A stretch of DNA of 64,000 nucleotides from contig CAZIPE010000001.1 in NCBI GenBank assembly GCA_964541305.1, forward strand, positions 82,350 to 146,349, given 5' to 3'. This document shows positions 21,910 to 29,595 of this stretch, piece after piece. This stretch comes from an uncultured Candidatus Saccharibacteria bacterium (GTDB lineage: Bacteria > Patescibacteriota > Saccharimonadia > Saccharimonadales > UBA7683). A program made the position numbers and the translations under genes. The notes below the pieces were generated by a model. That model searched no databases, was not told the origin of the DNA, and saw nothing but the letters and a program-made list of their open reading frames with translations. Position 1 is the first letter of the stretch; the number at the start of each line of letters is the position of its first letter.

Positions 21910-23190
21910 CTACTTTGTTGCTTGCTGGTAAAGAAACTCGACTGTCTTTTCCGTAAGCATGCGGGAAAGTACTTCACGTTGCATTTCAGGTGTGTCAAAA
22001 TCACCAGCTTGTTGCTGATACTGCGTCTTGTAGAGACTTACTCTTTCGTTGAGCTCAGATTCAGATACAGTCAGCTTTTCTTTTTCAGCAACTTCAGCGA
22101 GCACCATGCCGACCGACACTCTTCGCTCAGCCTGTGGCTTAAGCGCTTTTTCTTTCCACTCATCTTCGTTTTTAAACTTTTCCTGCGCAATATAGTCTTT
22201 AAGGGTAATTCCGCGGTAGGTAAGATTCTGTTTCATATCATCTTGCAAACTAGCCATCTGATCATCAAGAAGTATCTTAGGTAAGGCAAGCTTTGACTTC
22301 TTCACCAACTCTTCAACAATTTCATCTTTTACTTTAGCGACTGCTTCAGACGTTTTTTGTTCAATGAGTTGAGTTTTGATGTCTTTCTTCAAATCATTAA
22401 GTGTTTTGAAGGGCCCAAGCTTTGCAGCAAGTTCATCATCAACTTTTGGGAGCACGACTTGCTTGATTTCCTTAACGGTTACTTTGAAAGTAATTTTAGT
22501 TCCCGCAAGATTCGTTGCATGATAATCTTTTGGAAACGCTAATTTCAAATCTTTCTTATCACCTTTTTTGACACCAACAAGTCCATCTTCAAAGCCGGGT
22601 ATAAAGGTGTTACTTCCCAGATTGAGAGGGTAATTATCACCGCTTGCACCAGCTACTTTTACACCTTTAGCGTCAACACCTTCAAAATCGATCCAAACTT
22701 CATCGCCATTTTCAGCTTTTTTATCAACAGACACCTTTTCTGCGACCCGAGTACGGAGGTTATCAACCACATCCATTACCTCTTTGTCGGTAGCTGTGAC
22801 TTTTGGCGCGCTTTTCTTAATTTTTGTATAATCCCCGAGTTTTATATCTGGCATGATTTCAAGTGCTGCTTCAAATTCTAGTTCAGTAAATGGCACAAAC
22901 TTCTTTACATCTACTTGCGGGGAAGCAAGGGGCTTGAGCAGCTCTTTAATAGCCGCTTCTTTGTAATACTTCTCAATTGCATCTTGCAAGACCTCAACCT
23001 GGAGCTGATTATCATCAATTTGCTTTTCAATAACAGAGGCTGGTGCTTTACCTGGTCGAAAGCCGGCTACTTTGAGCTTCTTACCAAGTTTAGCGACAGT
23101 TGATTTTTTGAGAGACTCGAGTTCTGCACTGCCAACTGATATAACAAGCTTCACTTCGGTTTCTGAGGTGTTGGTACATTTTACATTCAT
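21910..23190 (-). CDS. tig: trigger factor
   Basis: 426 aa with an N-terminal GFRPGKAP ribosome-binding motif. Canonical position upstream of clpP. Confidence 0.96.
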   Translation of the reverse strand: MNVKCTNTSETEVKLVISVGSAELESLKKSTVAKLGKKLKVAGFRPGKAPASVIEKQIDDNQLQVEVLQDAIEKYYKEAAIKELLKPLASPQVDVKKFVPFTELEFEAALEIMPDIKLGDYTKIKKSAPKVTATDKEVMDVVDNLRTRVAEKVSVDKKAENGDEVWIDFEGVDAKGVKVAGASGDNYPLNLGSNTFIPGFEDGLVGVKKGDKKDLKLAFPKDYHATNLAGTKITFKVTVKEIKQVVLPKVDDELAAKLGPFKTLNDLKKDIKTQLIEQKTSEAVAKVKDEIVEELVKKSKLALPKILLDDQMASLQDDMKQNLTYRGITLKDYIAQEKFKNEDEWKEKALKPQAERRVSVGMVLAEVAEKEKLTVSESELNERVSLYKTQYQQQAGDFDTPEMQREVLSRMLTEKTVEFLYQQATK

Positions 23191-23220
23191 AGATGTCGAT
23201 TATCGCACACTACTGAGCAT

Positions 23221-24510
23221 TTAAACAACTTTCGCTATCTCAGCAGTACTCAAAACATCTTCTTTTTGTGTTTCAACGTTTCGCAGAATATACTTCTTGC
23301 TCGCTACTTCATTTTCACCAACAAACAGGAGATGATCAATACTCATCTTTAAGGCAGATTTGATCTGTTTTTCGGGCTTTCTACCCGTAATGTCAACTGC
23401 CACATTCACCCCTTTACTGCGAAGGTCATGCGCGACCATTTGCGCCTCTTTAAGTACATCACCAATGACTACGAGGTAAATATCTGTTGAAGATGTCAGT
23501 TGTGGCTCCAAGTTGTTGCTGGCAAGAAAGTTTTCAATAGGTGCATCACCCATACCAAAACCAACAGTTGGAACTGGTTCAACACCAAAAGCTGCAACTA
23601 AACCGTCGTAGCGGCCCCCACCAAACATAGACCGGTTATTTTCCGGATTAAGATCGAACACCTCAAAAACAATATCTGTATAGTAATCGAAGCCTCGCAT
23701 TAACGTGATATCGAACTGAGCTGCCGTAATCTGGTGTTCGCTCAGTAGCGTGAAGAGTACCTGAATCTCAGTCACGGCCTGTGAACTTTTAATTTCATCC
23801 GGTAAATCTGCCAGTGATTTTGCCAAAAGTAGTGTCTTCAACTTCTCTAAACCGACTTTCTGATGCGCCGGCTTGAAAATAGTTTTAGCTTTTTCAACAA
23901 ATTCTGCGGGCTGCATTTTGTCCTTTTTATCAAAGAGCTGAATCATTTGCTTGGCTTCACCGGCATCAAGTTCAAGATACTGGCTCATAATGAGATTTAT
24001 TAACTTTCGACTATTGACCTTAATAGCAAACATATCCTCAGTAGCACCAAACTCTTTCATGAGCGCATCGGACATACTAATCATCTCTAAGTCAGCATCT
24101 ACCGTAGCAACGCCAAATAGATCGACATTCAATTGCCAGAACTGTCTATTGCGACCGCGCTGTGGTCGTTCATAGCGCCAACAATCGGGTATTGAATACC
24201 AGCGCAAAGGATACGGTAACTCTTGCCGACGAGCAGCCACCATGCGTGAGACACTCGGTGTCATTTCAGGGCGAAGCACAATATTCCGTCCTCCACGGTC
24301 AGTGAAGTTATAGGTCTGTTCGTTGACGATTTCATCGCTCGTTTTAGACGTATACAGCTCAATCGGCTCTAAGACTGGCGCAGTATACTCCTCGTAGCCA
24401 TAGCGTTCACATACTTTTTTCCACACACTAAAAATATAATTCTGAAGTCGCTTGTCTTCAGGATAAAAATCCCTCGCCCCTTTATAACTTTGTGTACTCA
24501 ATTTAGCCAT
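23221..24510 (-). CDS. hisS: histidine--tRNA ligase
   Basis: 429 aa with class II motifs (RPEMTPS, GGGRYD) and a C-terminal anticodon-binding domain. Confidence 0.97.
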   Translation of the reverse strand: MAKLSTQSYKGARDFYPEDKRLQNYIFSVWKKVCERYGYEEYTAPVLEPIELYTSKTSDEIVNEQTYNFTDRGGRNIVLRPEMTPSVSRMVAARRQELPYPLRWYSIPDCWRYERPQRGRNRQFWQLNVDLFGVATVDADLEMISMSDALMKEFGATEDMFAIKVNSRKLINLIMSQYLELDAGEAKQMIQLFDKKDKMQPAEFVEKAKTIFKPAHQKVGLEKLKTLLLAKSLADLPDEIKSSQAVTEIQVLFTLLSEHQITAAQFDITLMRGFDYYTDIVFEVFDLNPENNRSMFGGGRYDGLVAAFGVEPVPTVGFGMGDAPIENFLASNNLEPQLTSSTDIYLVVIGDVLKEAQMVAHDLRSKGVNVAVDITGRKPEKQIKSALKMSIDHLLFVGENEVASKKYILRNVETQKEDVLSTAEIAKVV

Positions 24511-25217
24511 TAGACCCTTTCTTTACTTACCAGTGTAGCGTAATACTCTGTAAGCTTTGAACCTATGAATATAGGAGCAATTATACCATCTACTCCAAGC
24601 ATTAGCTTATCCGCTTCTGTAATTGGCACAAATGGCTTCCAGCTTGCTGTATCGAGTTCAGCTTTCTCTTCCCATGTCACACGCCGTTGAAAGCGATACA
24701 CGCTAGCTAACGGCTCAACAAATTTCAAATCTACTTGTATTAACTCAGCAATTTTTTCATACCAGTAATCTTCGTCGTTGCGCCTACTGCTCAAACTAAT
24801 CTCAACAGAAAGTACATTTGGGCAGTACTTATTGATGCAGTCGTAAGTAGCTTTTATGCAGCTATTCAGCCCTAGAATACTTGAAACGCTCAGAAGCGCA
24901 ATTTGGCTGTTTATTCCCACGAAACTGCAATCGTTTTCGGGCGTTTGCGTATTGTGAAAATCCAGAACAAGATCATATTTCTTACAAAGCTTCTCAAGCT
25001 TTGACGCAATCTTCTCTTCTGCTGAAGCTGGCTTCCTTGAGCCGAAACTACGATTGAGATCTCTGCCAATGAATCTTCTATTTTGCTTTACTGCATTCTC
25101 GTTAGCGATAGTTGCATCAACGCCTTCAATAGGCCTTGATAGTAGTAGTTCCACAAGTTTAATACCGAGGGGTTCATTGCCGTGAACCCCTCCAATGATT
25201 AGTATGCTTTTATTCAT
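24510..25217 (-). CDS. succinylglutamate desuccinylase/aspartoacylase (AstE/AspA, M14-like) family protein
   Basis: 235 aa with the N-terminal IIGGVHGNEPLG zinc-ligand motif and a later DFHNT motif. Confidence 0.8.
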   Translation of the reverse strand: MNKSILIIGGVHGNEPLGIKLVELLLSRPIEGVDATIANENAVKQNRRFIGRDLNRSFGSRKPASAEEKIASKLEKLCKKYDLVLDFHNTQTPENDCSFVGINSQIALLSVSSILGLNSCIKATYDCINKYCPNVLSVEISLSSRRNDEDYWYEKIAELIQVDLKFVEPLASVYRFQRRVTWEEKAELDTASWKPFVPITEADKLMLGVDGIIAPIFIGSKLTEYYATLVSKERV

Positions 25218-25219
25218 AA

Positions 25220-25933
25220 CTAATTTCTCATTGAATTCTTGATTACGAGCAAGGTTCGTCTATCTGGTACGCCAGGCAGTTTGTACCCAGGGTTATCAAA
25301 TGCGTTGTTCATAACCTCTCGACCAGCACCATTTGTGCCTATATAGACGCTTGTGGATGCCAAGTTGTCTCGCAAAGTAGCAGCAACAATTTGCTCGGCT
25401 AAAGTTCGCGTAGCAATCGTCGAATCTCCATAAAATGAGGCTATTCGACCGATTGTTTCGCCACGCTGCCTTAGGTTACCTTTTGGTACCCTAATCCGAT
25501 TAGCAAATGTATCTTCTATCCAAACAAAACTGCTTGGTAGTAGTCGGGGTATCACTAATGCCATTTCTGGCACATCGCTATACTTTCTTTCGTAGAGCTC
25601 TCTAGGGTTTGTTGGCCTAGCCAACGTTGCTCTTTGCGGTAAACCTTCTGTAAAGGCAACTTCGAGTAAAGCATCCTCTTCTCTAACCATCGTTACCCAA
25701 GACTCCACGAGTTCATTTGTATCATAAGCTGGTGATAATACTGCTTGGCATTCAGGACATTCACAACCAGCCTCTAGTGAGCTTAAACCAATTATGCAAT
25801 TATCACTCACACATCTACTTACTTCGTTCCAGGGTGGCCCCGCAAAAGCTACTTTATAACTTTCAGCAAGATCTGCCCCTATCTCTTCAATTCTTTCTGC
25901 ATTTTCTGCAGTTATTATTTCTAAATTCTTCAT
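25220..25933 (-). CDS. hypothetical Cys-cluster protein, about 237 aa
   Basis: Start set at MKNLEII (25933), which has AGGAAA 5 nt upstream. Contains CVSDNC...CECPEC. The motif AFAGPPWNE faintly recalls some acyltransferase folds, but I cannot assign a family. Confidence 0.6.
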   Translation of the reverse strand: MKNLEIITAENAERIEEIGADLAESYKVAFAGPPWNEVSRCVSDNCIIGLSSLEAGCECPECQAVLSPAYDTNELVESWVTMVREEDALLEVAFTEGLPQRATLARPTNPRELYERKYSDVPEMALVIPRLLPSSFVWIEDTFANRIRVPKGNLRQRGETIGRIASFYGDSTIATRTLAEQIVAATLRDNLASTSVYIGTNGAGREVMNNAFDNPGYKLPGVPDRRTLLVIKNSMRN

Positions 25934-25964
25934 AATTTTCCTAATCATTAAATATCTACAAACA

Positions 25965-25994
25965 TTAAAAACGCCCCGATTGATCGGAGCGTTT
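25965..25994 (-). terminator. intrinsic terminator (minus-strand sense)
   Basis: Minus-strand RNA reads ACGCUCCGAUCAAUCGGGGCGUUUUUAAU. The single imperfect stem position is a U.G wobble on the minus strand but a C.A mismatch on the plus strand. A U5 tract follows. Confidence 0.7.
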
Positions 25995-26100
25995 GTTATA
26001 AATTCTAATGAATTGAATTAGGAAACTATCCGACCAAGCGAGGCTGGATATGTGCGTGGCTAGTGCTAGCCGTGATGATTAGATATACTTTACACATCTA
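25965..26100 (-). ncRNA. candidate ~135-nt small RNA or cis-regulatory leader
   Basis: Bounded by the promoter at 26107-26136 and the terminator at 25965-25994. It contains several short hairpins (for example GGCUAGCACUAGCC) and lies directly upstream of the ORF at 25933. Confidence 0.35.
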
Positions 26101-26106
26101 TATTTT

Positions 26107-26136
26107 ATTATTGCACCATTGTATTGCTTCTGTCAA
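26107..26136 (-). promoter_or_regulatory. promoter of the candidate RNA/leader
   Basis: Minus strand reads TTGACA (26131-26136), 18 nt, TGcAATAAT (extended -10, hexamer 26107-26112). Confidence 0.45.
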
Positions 26137-26152
26137 TAGTGGGTATGCCGTT

Positions 26153-26161
26153 TGCTATAAT
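26153..26161 (+). promoter_or_regulatory. extended -10 promoter of the 101-aa coiled-coil ORF
   Basis: TGCTATAAT lies 24 nt upstream of ATG 26185, and AAGGAG sits between them. Confidence 0.5.
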
Positions 26162-26184
26162 GCATATACAACATAAGGAGTAAT

Positions 26185-26490
26185 ATGGACGAGAGATTAG
26201 AAAACTTAGAAGCATGGATTCAACAGGTATTGAAAGAGATTCAAGATGTAAAAATACAGCTTAATGACACGCGCGGCGAAATACGAGCCAATTTCGATGA
26301 CTTAAGAGGCCACATCTCACGAAACGATCAAACTGATAACGATAATACCCGTATGGTGGAAAACGTTCGAAACCTCATTGAATCAAACAAAGGTGAGATT
26401 AATAATATCAAGTCAACGGTCAGCACACTCGACGGGCGTCTCAATGATATTAGAAACGGCATAAATGATATTCGAAGCAAAGTTCGCTAA
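26185..26490 (+). CDS. hypothetical coiled-coil protein, 101 aa
   Basis: Good SD (AAGGAG). Heptad-rich, ending in STLDGRLNDIRNGINDIRSKVR. One of the few plus-strand genes. Confidence 0.6.
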   Translation: MDERLENLEAWIQQVLKEIQDVKIQLNDTRGEIRANFDDLRGHISRNDQTDNDNTRMVENVRNLIESNKGEINNIKSTVSTLDGRLNDIRNGINDIRSKVR

Positions 26491-26566
26491 GCCGATATCT
26501 CATCAATTGCGCTATAATCACCGTATCTACCTATGTAATCAGCCACGTTATCAAACTGTGTTTGAT

Positions 26567-27193
26567 TTATGGCGTTATTTGCTCGAAGAATTTTTTAACT
26601 GTAGCAACGAGTCCGAGTGCTGGAGTAATTTCTATACCAGTTGCGTCTGCAACATCTTTAGAACCGCCCTCTTCCCTATCTAGCACTACAAAATAATCAC
26701 CGACAGTTAAGCCGGCTCTCCCTAGGGTGGCTATCGTCTCAATTTTAGTACCACCGTCTGTTATCACATCGTCAAAGGCAGCGACTCTGTCACCTTCTTG
26801 CCGCTTACCTAAAATTGGTGACTTGTTTCCGGTGGTTTTTGAAAGATTAACACGAGGCTACAATAAACTCATGTTAGCTTCATCTGCAATCCTCTCTGCA
26901 TACGAAGTCATTGCTTCAGGGCTACCAACAACATGCTCATAAAATTCATCTAGCTCTCCATAGGAGTTTACGTCGTTTTTCCAGAGCATAAGACGAGCCA
27001 TTGAATTTCCGATTAGTGCGCGAGTTTCGGGGTTTGAGAGACCAGGCCTTACATCAAAGTAATGCGGAGATTCTCGTTTACTTTTTAATGTTATATAGTC
27101 CTCTGGTGCTTCGGCTATTCCAAACAAACCTTCTGAATACATGTGCATTGCAAGCTTCTCTTGATGCAACTCTGGGAGCAAGTGACGCCCCAT
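26567..27193 (-). pseudogene. pyrE: orotate phosphoribosyltransferase interrupted by one in-frame TAG
   Basis: Track ORFs 26858-27193 and 26567-26767 are in the same frame. The interval between them has no other stop and reads ...ANMSLL*PRVNLSKTTGNKSPILGKRQEGDRVAAFDDVITDGGTK.... The PRPP-binding motif DDVITDGG and the N-terminal LKSKRESPHYFD are OPRTase-like. Confidence 0.85.
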
Positions 27194-27906
27194 TAGAGTG
27201 CGGCCTCGAGCTCAGATACTAAATCTTCATAAGCTTGCGCTGGGTCTTCGGCCTTTGCTATTTGCCTCCCGATCACCAACAAGTCAGCTCCATCTCTAAT
27301 CGCTGCTGTAGGTGTCCGGACATTAGATTGATCATGACTATCCGCCCCCGCTGATCGAGTACCGGGTATCATTGCAAATAAATTACTAGTTACCTCATCC
27401 GACTTAATTCCACCCACCTCTTTCGGTGAAGCCACTACCCCCTTTAAACCCGCTACAGCAGCGTCACGTGCTAGTCTTGTCACTAGCTCGGGGCGCGTAA
27501 GTCCATAGCGCGCCTCAGTCTCTTCTGCTGGGATGGACGTCAACTCTGTAACGCCGAGCATAAGAATATCGCCAGCTTCTTCTTGAGATACACGCATCGC
27601 ATCGATTCCAGCTTTAGTGTGTATGGTTATGCCAAAAGGAGCGTGAGATTTGGCCGCTATATTCTTAACTGCACCTGCCACAGTAGTTGGAATGTCATCC
27701 AACTTGGCATCGGCTACCCAGTCTAGGCCGTGACGTCCCGCTAAGTCTGCGCAGTAGTCCCAGCTGGTAGCTGTTTGAAGCTCTAAACCTAACTTTACAA
27801 AACGAGCACCCGCCTCTTCGGCAATTTGTGCAAGTCTTTCAGCATCTTCTGCTCTAGATGCATCAATTGCTAATATGATACGCTCTCTTGCCGGTAATTC
27901 AGACAT
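27193..27906 (-). CDS. pyrF: orotidine 5'-phosphate decarboxylase
   Basis: About 237 aa, ILAIDAS...FVKLG...ADAKLDDIPTT...LVIGRQI. Start set at ATG 27906, which follows GGAGGG. The stop overlaps the pyrE ATG. Confidence 0.92.
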   Translation of the reverse strand: MSELPARERIILAIDASRAEDAERLAQIAEEAGARFVKLGLELQTATSWDYCADLAGRHGLDWVADAKLDDIPTTVAGAVKNIAAKSHAPFGITIHTKAGIDAMRVSQEEAGDILMLGVTELTSIPAEETEARYGLTRPELVTRLARDAAVAGLKGVVASPKEVGGIKSDEVTSNLFAMIPGTRSAGADSHDQSNVRTPTAAIRDGADLLVIGRQIAKAEDPAQAYEDLVSELEAAL

Positions 27907-27974
27907 TCTACCCTCCAACCCACCACATTAATAATGATGTTATTCAATATAGCCCGCGGTTATATCACTTTGCA

Positions 27975-28010
27975 AGAAAAAATAGACATATGTTGTTAAA
28001 TATGTCTATT
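27975..28010 (-). terminator. intrinsic terminator after tRNA-Leu
   Basis: Perfect 11-bp stem AATAGACATAT/ATATGTCTATT (27981-27991 / 28000-28010) with an 8-nt loop, followed on the minus strand by a U6 tract. Confidence 0.75.
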
Positions 28011-28046
28011 CGTCATCTTAATTATATTTGTTATGTAAGTTAATTT

Positions 28047-28131
28047 TGGTACCGTGGAGAGGACTTGAACCTCCACGCCTTGCGGCACTAGCTCCTAAGG
28101 CTAGCGTGTCTACCAATTCCACCACCACGGC
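28047..28131 (-). tRNA. tRNA-Leu (anticodon UAG), class II with long variable arm, CCA encoded
   Basis: I folded the reverse complement GCCGTGGTGGTGGAATTGGTAGACACGCTAGCCTTAGGAGCTAGTGCCGCAAGGCGTGGAGGTTCAAGTCCTCTCCACGGTACCA by hand. The anticodon loop is CTTAGGA, the variable arm is 13 nt, the T-loop is TTCAAGT and the discriminator is A73. Confidence 0.93.
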
Positions 28132-28174
28132 GTACCTCATATATGATATCAAAAAAATAGCCATCACGCGACAG

Positions 28175-28705
28175 CTACTTTAAACGGTAGGAGATCAGTG
28201 ATGCGTCGCCATAATTTCGATTGTCCACCACAACAACTCCATTAGCGGTCATCACTGGCTCTCTACCTGGTTGTGATAATACCATAAGCCCATTCGGTTT
28301 TAAATGCCTAAAAAGTGCGAAAACTGTGGATAACTGCAAATCGTTGTAGGGCGGGTCGCAAAATATGATATCAAATTGCGCATCACGATTAGTGCTACTC
28401 CAGGCTTTTGCACTCGCTCGTACTACTGTAACCAGCTTAGTTACCTTAAGTTTTTCAACATTTGCTTTTATGACCTCATAGGCTTGAGAGTCTTTATCAG
28501 TTGCCAGCGCAGAAGTTGCCCCACGGCTAACCGCCTCAAGGGCGAGTGAGCCACTACCAGCAAACGCATCCCACACCTCCAGGCCTTCGAGTGAACCAAG
28601 GCTGTTAAATAGTGATTGTCGAATTCTCTCACTCATCGGGTGAGTTTTAAATCCTCGTGGGGTCTTTATAATTCTGCCACCGAGAGTTCCTGCAATTATT
28701 CTCAT
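28175..28705 (-). CDS. rsmD: 16S rRNA (guanine966-N2)-methyltransferase
   Basis: 176 aa, MRIIAGTLGGRIIKTP...RPMSERIRQSLFN, DAFAGSGSLALEA and DPPY motifs. Confidence 0.9.
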   Translation of the reverse strand: MRIIAGTLGGRIIKTPRGFKTHPMSERIRQSLFNSLGSLEGLEVWDAFAGSGSLALEAVSRGATSALATDKDSQAYEVIKANVEKLKVTKLVTVVRASAKAWSSTNRDAQFDIIFCDPPYNDLQLSTVFALFRHLKPNGLMVLSQPGREPVMTANGVVVVDNRNYGDASLISYRLK

Positions 28706-28739
28706 ATTGCTCTAGTATAGGCGATTTCGAGGGTTCAGC

Positions 28740-29546
28740 CTACTCTACCGACTCTTCAACCGCCATCAGCCATAGAACCGCAATAGTTTTAGTGATAGTT
28801 GGCGCCAAATGAAGTCGCACATCTTTGGCGAGTGACGGAGTCCAGCCTTTTTTAAGAAATCGCTCATACATGTTAAGGGCATAGATGTGCATAGTTACTT
28901 CTTTAAGATATCCATCAATACCCAGATTGCGTGCGTGAATGATATCTGGTTTTGTAGGTTTTGCTTTCTTAAGACTGAGCGGACGAGATATGGTTGAAAC
29001 ACCACCCTCAAACATAAAGTGGCTTGCATATAGACCTTTAGCACCCCAGAACTGCCAGTTCTTAGATATCGTCTGTCGATGCGAATCACCCTTGATGATG
29101 AGTTTTTTACGAATTGTATCGCGCGTTTCTTTTGCTTCGCCACCACGAATCTCCATCAGCTTCTTCTCATATGGATAATGATGGGCTGGTGTCATCCCGT
29201 CGACTATAGCGTGAGCGAGCCAGGCCGCTTCAAAAGCTGACCTCACCTTATCTTTTACTTGTAAAGAATGAACGAGCTCCTGGTAATGCATATTGATAGT
29301 GCGCAGTAGTGTAGTATCATTTTCATTTGTTGGGTCCCAGTAATGCCACGGCTCATCCCGACCCGGACTCTTTACTTTTATCCCATCCGGACCGTTCTTG
29401 CCTTCAAAGTGTAATATCTCTTTTCCTGTAGGAAAGAAAGACCCTTTATGTAAGTCGTGGACAAACTTAGCAGCCACTCTATCGAACTTTTGATGAGCGC
29501 CGAGAAGATTTCCTGATTTATTATGAAGTGATGAGCCTGACCACAT
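28740..29546 (-). CDS. hypothetical protein, 268 aa (His-rich motif AHAIVDGMTPAHH)
   Basis: Uninterrupted ORF with a TTGCGA-17-TACACT-7-ATG promoter-like context. A metal-dependent hydrolase is possible, but the family is not recognised. Confidence 0.6.
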   Translation of the reverse strand: MWSGSSLHNKSGNLLGAHQKFDRVAAKFVHDLHKGSFFPTGKEILHFEGKNGPDGIKVKSPGRDEPWHYWDPTNENDTTLLRTINMHYQELVHSLQVKDKVRSAFEAAWLAHAIVDGMTPAHHYPYEKKLMEIRGGEAKETRDTIRKKLIIKGDSHRQTISKNWQFWGAKGLYASHFMFEGGVSTISRPLSLKKAKPTKPDIIHARNLGIDGYLKEVTMHIYALNMYERFLKKGWTPSLAKDVRLHLAPTITKTIAVLWLMAVEESVE

Positions 29547-29595
29547 AGCGTTTAGTGTACCGTTTGCTGTTCTCTATCGCAAATGAACGCACATG

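Noticed and set aside
25965-26136. A T-box or his-type leader-peptide attenuator upstream of the operon containing hisS.
   Set aside because: There is no T-box consensus (AGGGUGGNACCGCG-like) and the region is too short for Stem I plus an antiterminator. The only mini-ORF has just two non-adjacent His codons. The region is kept only as an unclassified leader or sRNA candidate.
26858-26860. The in-frame TAG in pyrE as evidence for stop-codon reassignment or an alternative genetic code.
   Set aside because: TAG terminates well-conserved genes at their expected ends in this window (for example rpsJ at 5570-5572 and clpP at 21050-21052). All large conserved proteins translate full-length with the standard code. 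A single nonsense change or a sequencing error is more parsimonious.
28047-28131. The tRNA with 'TAG' in its anticodon loop as an amber suppressor that could rescue pyrE.
   Set aside because: The anticodon is 5'-UAG-3', which reads CUN leucine codons. An amber suppressor would need the anticodon CUA. The class II variable arm and A73 fit an ordinary tRNA-Leu.
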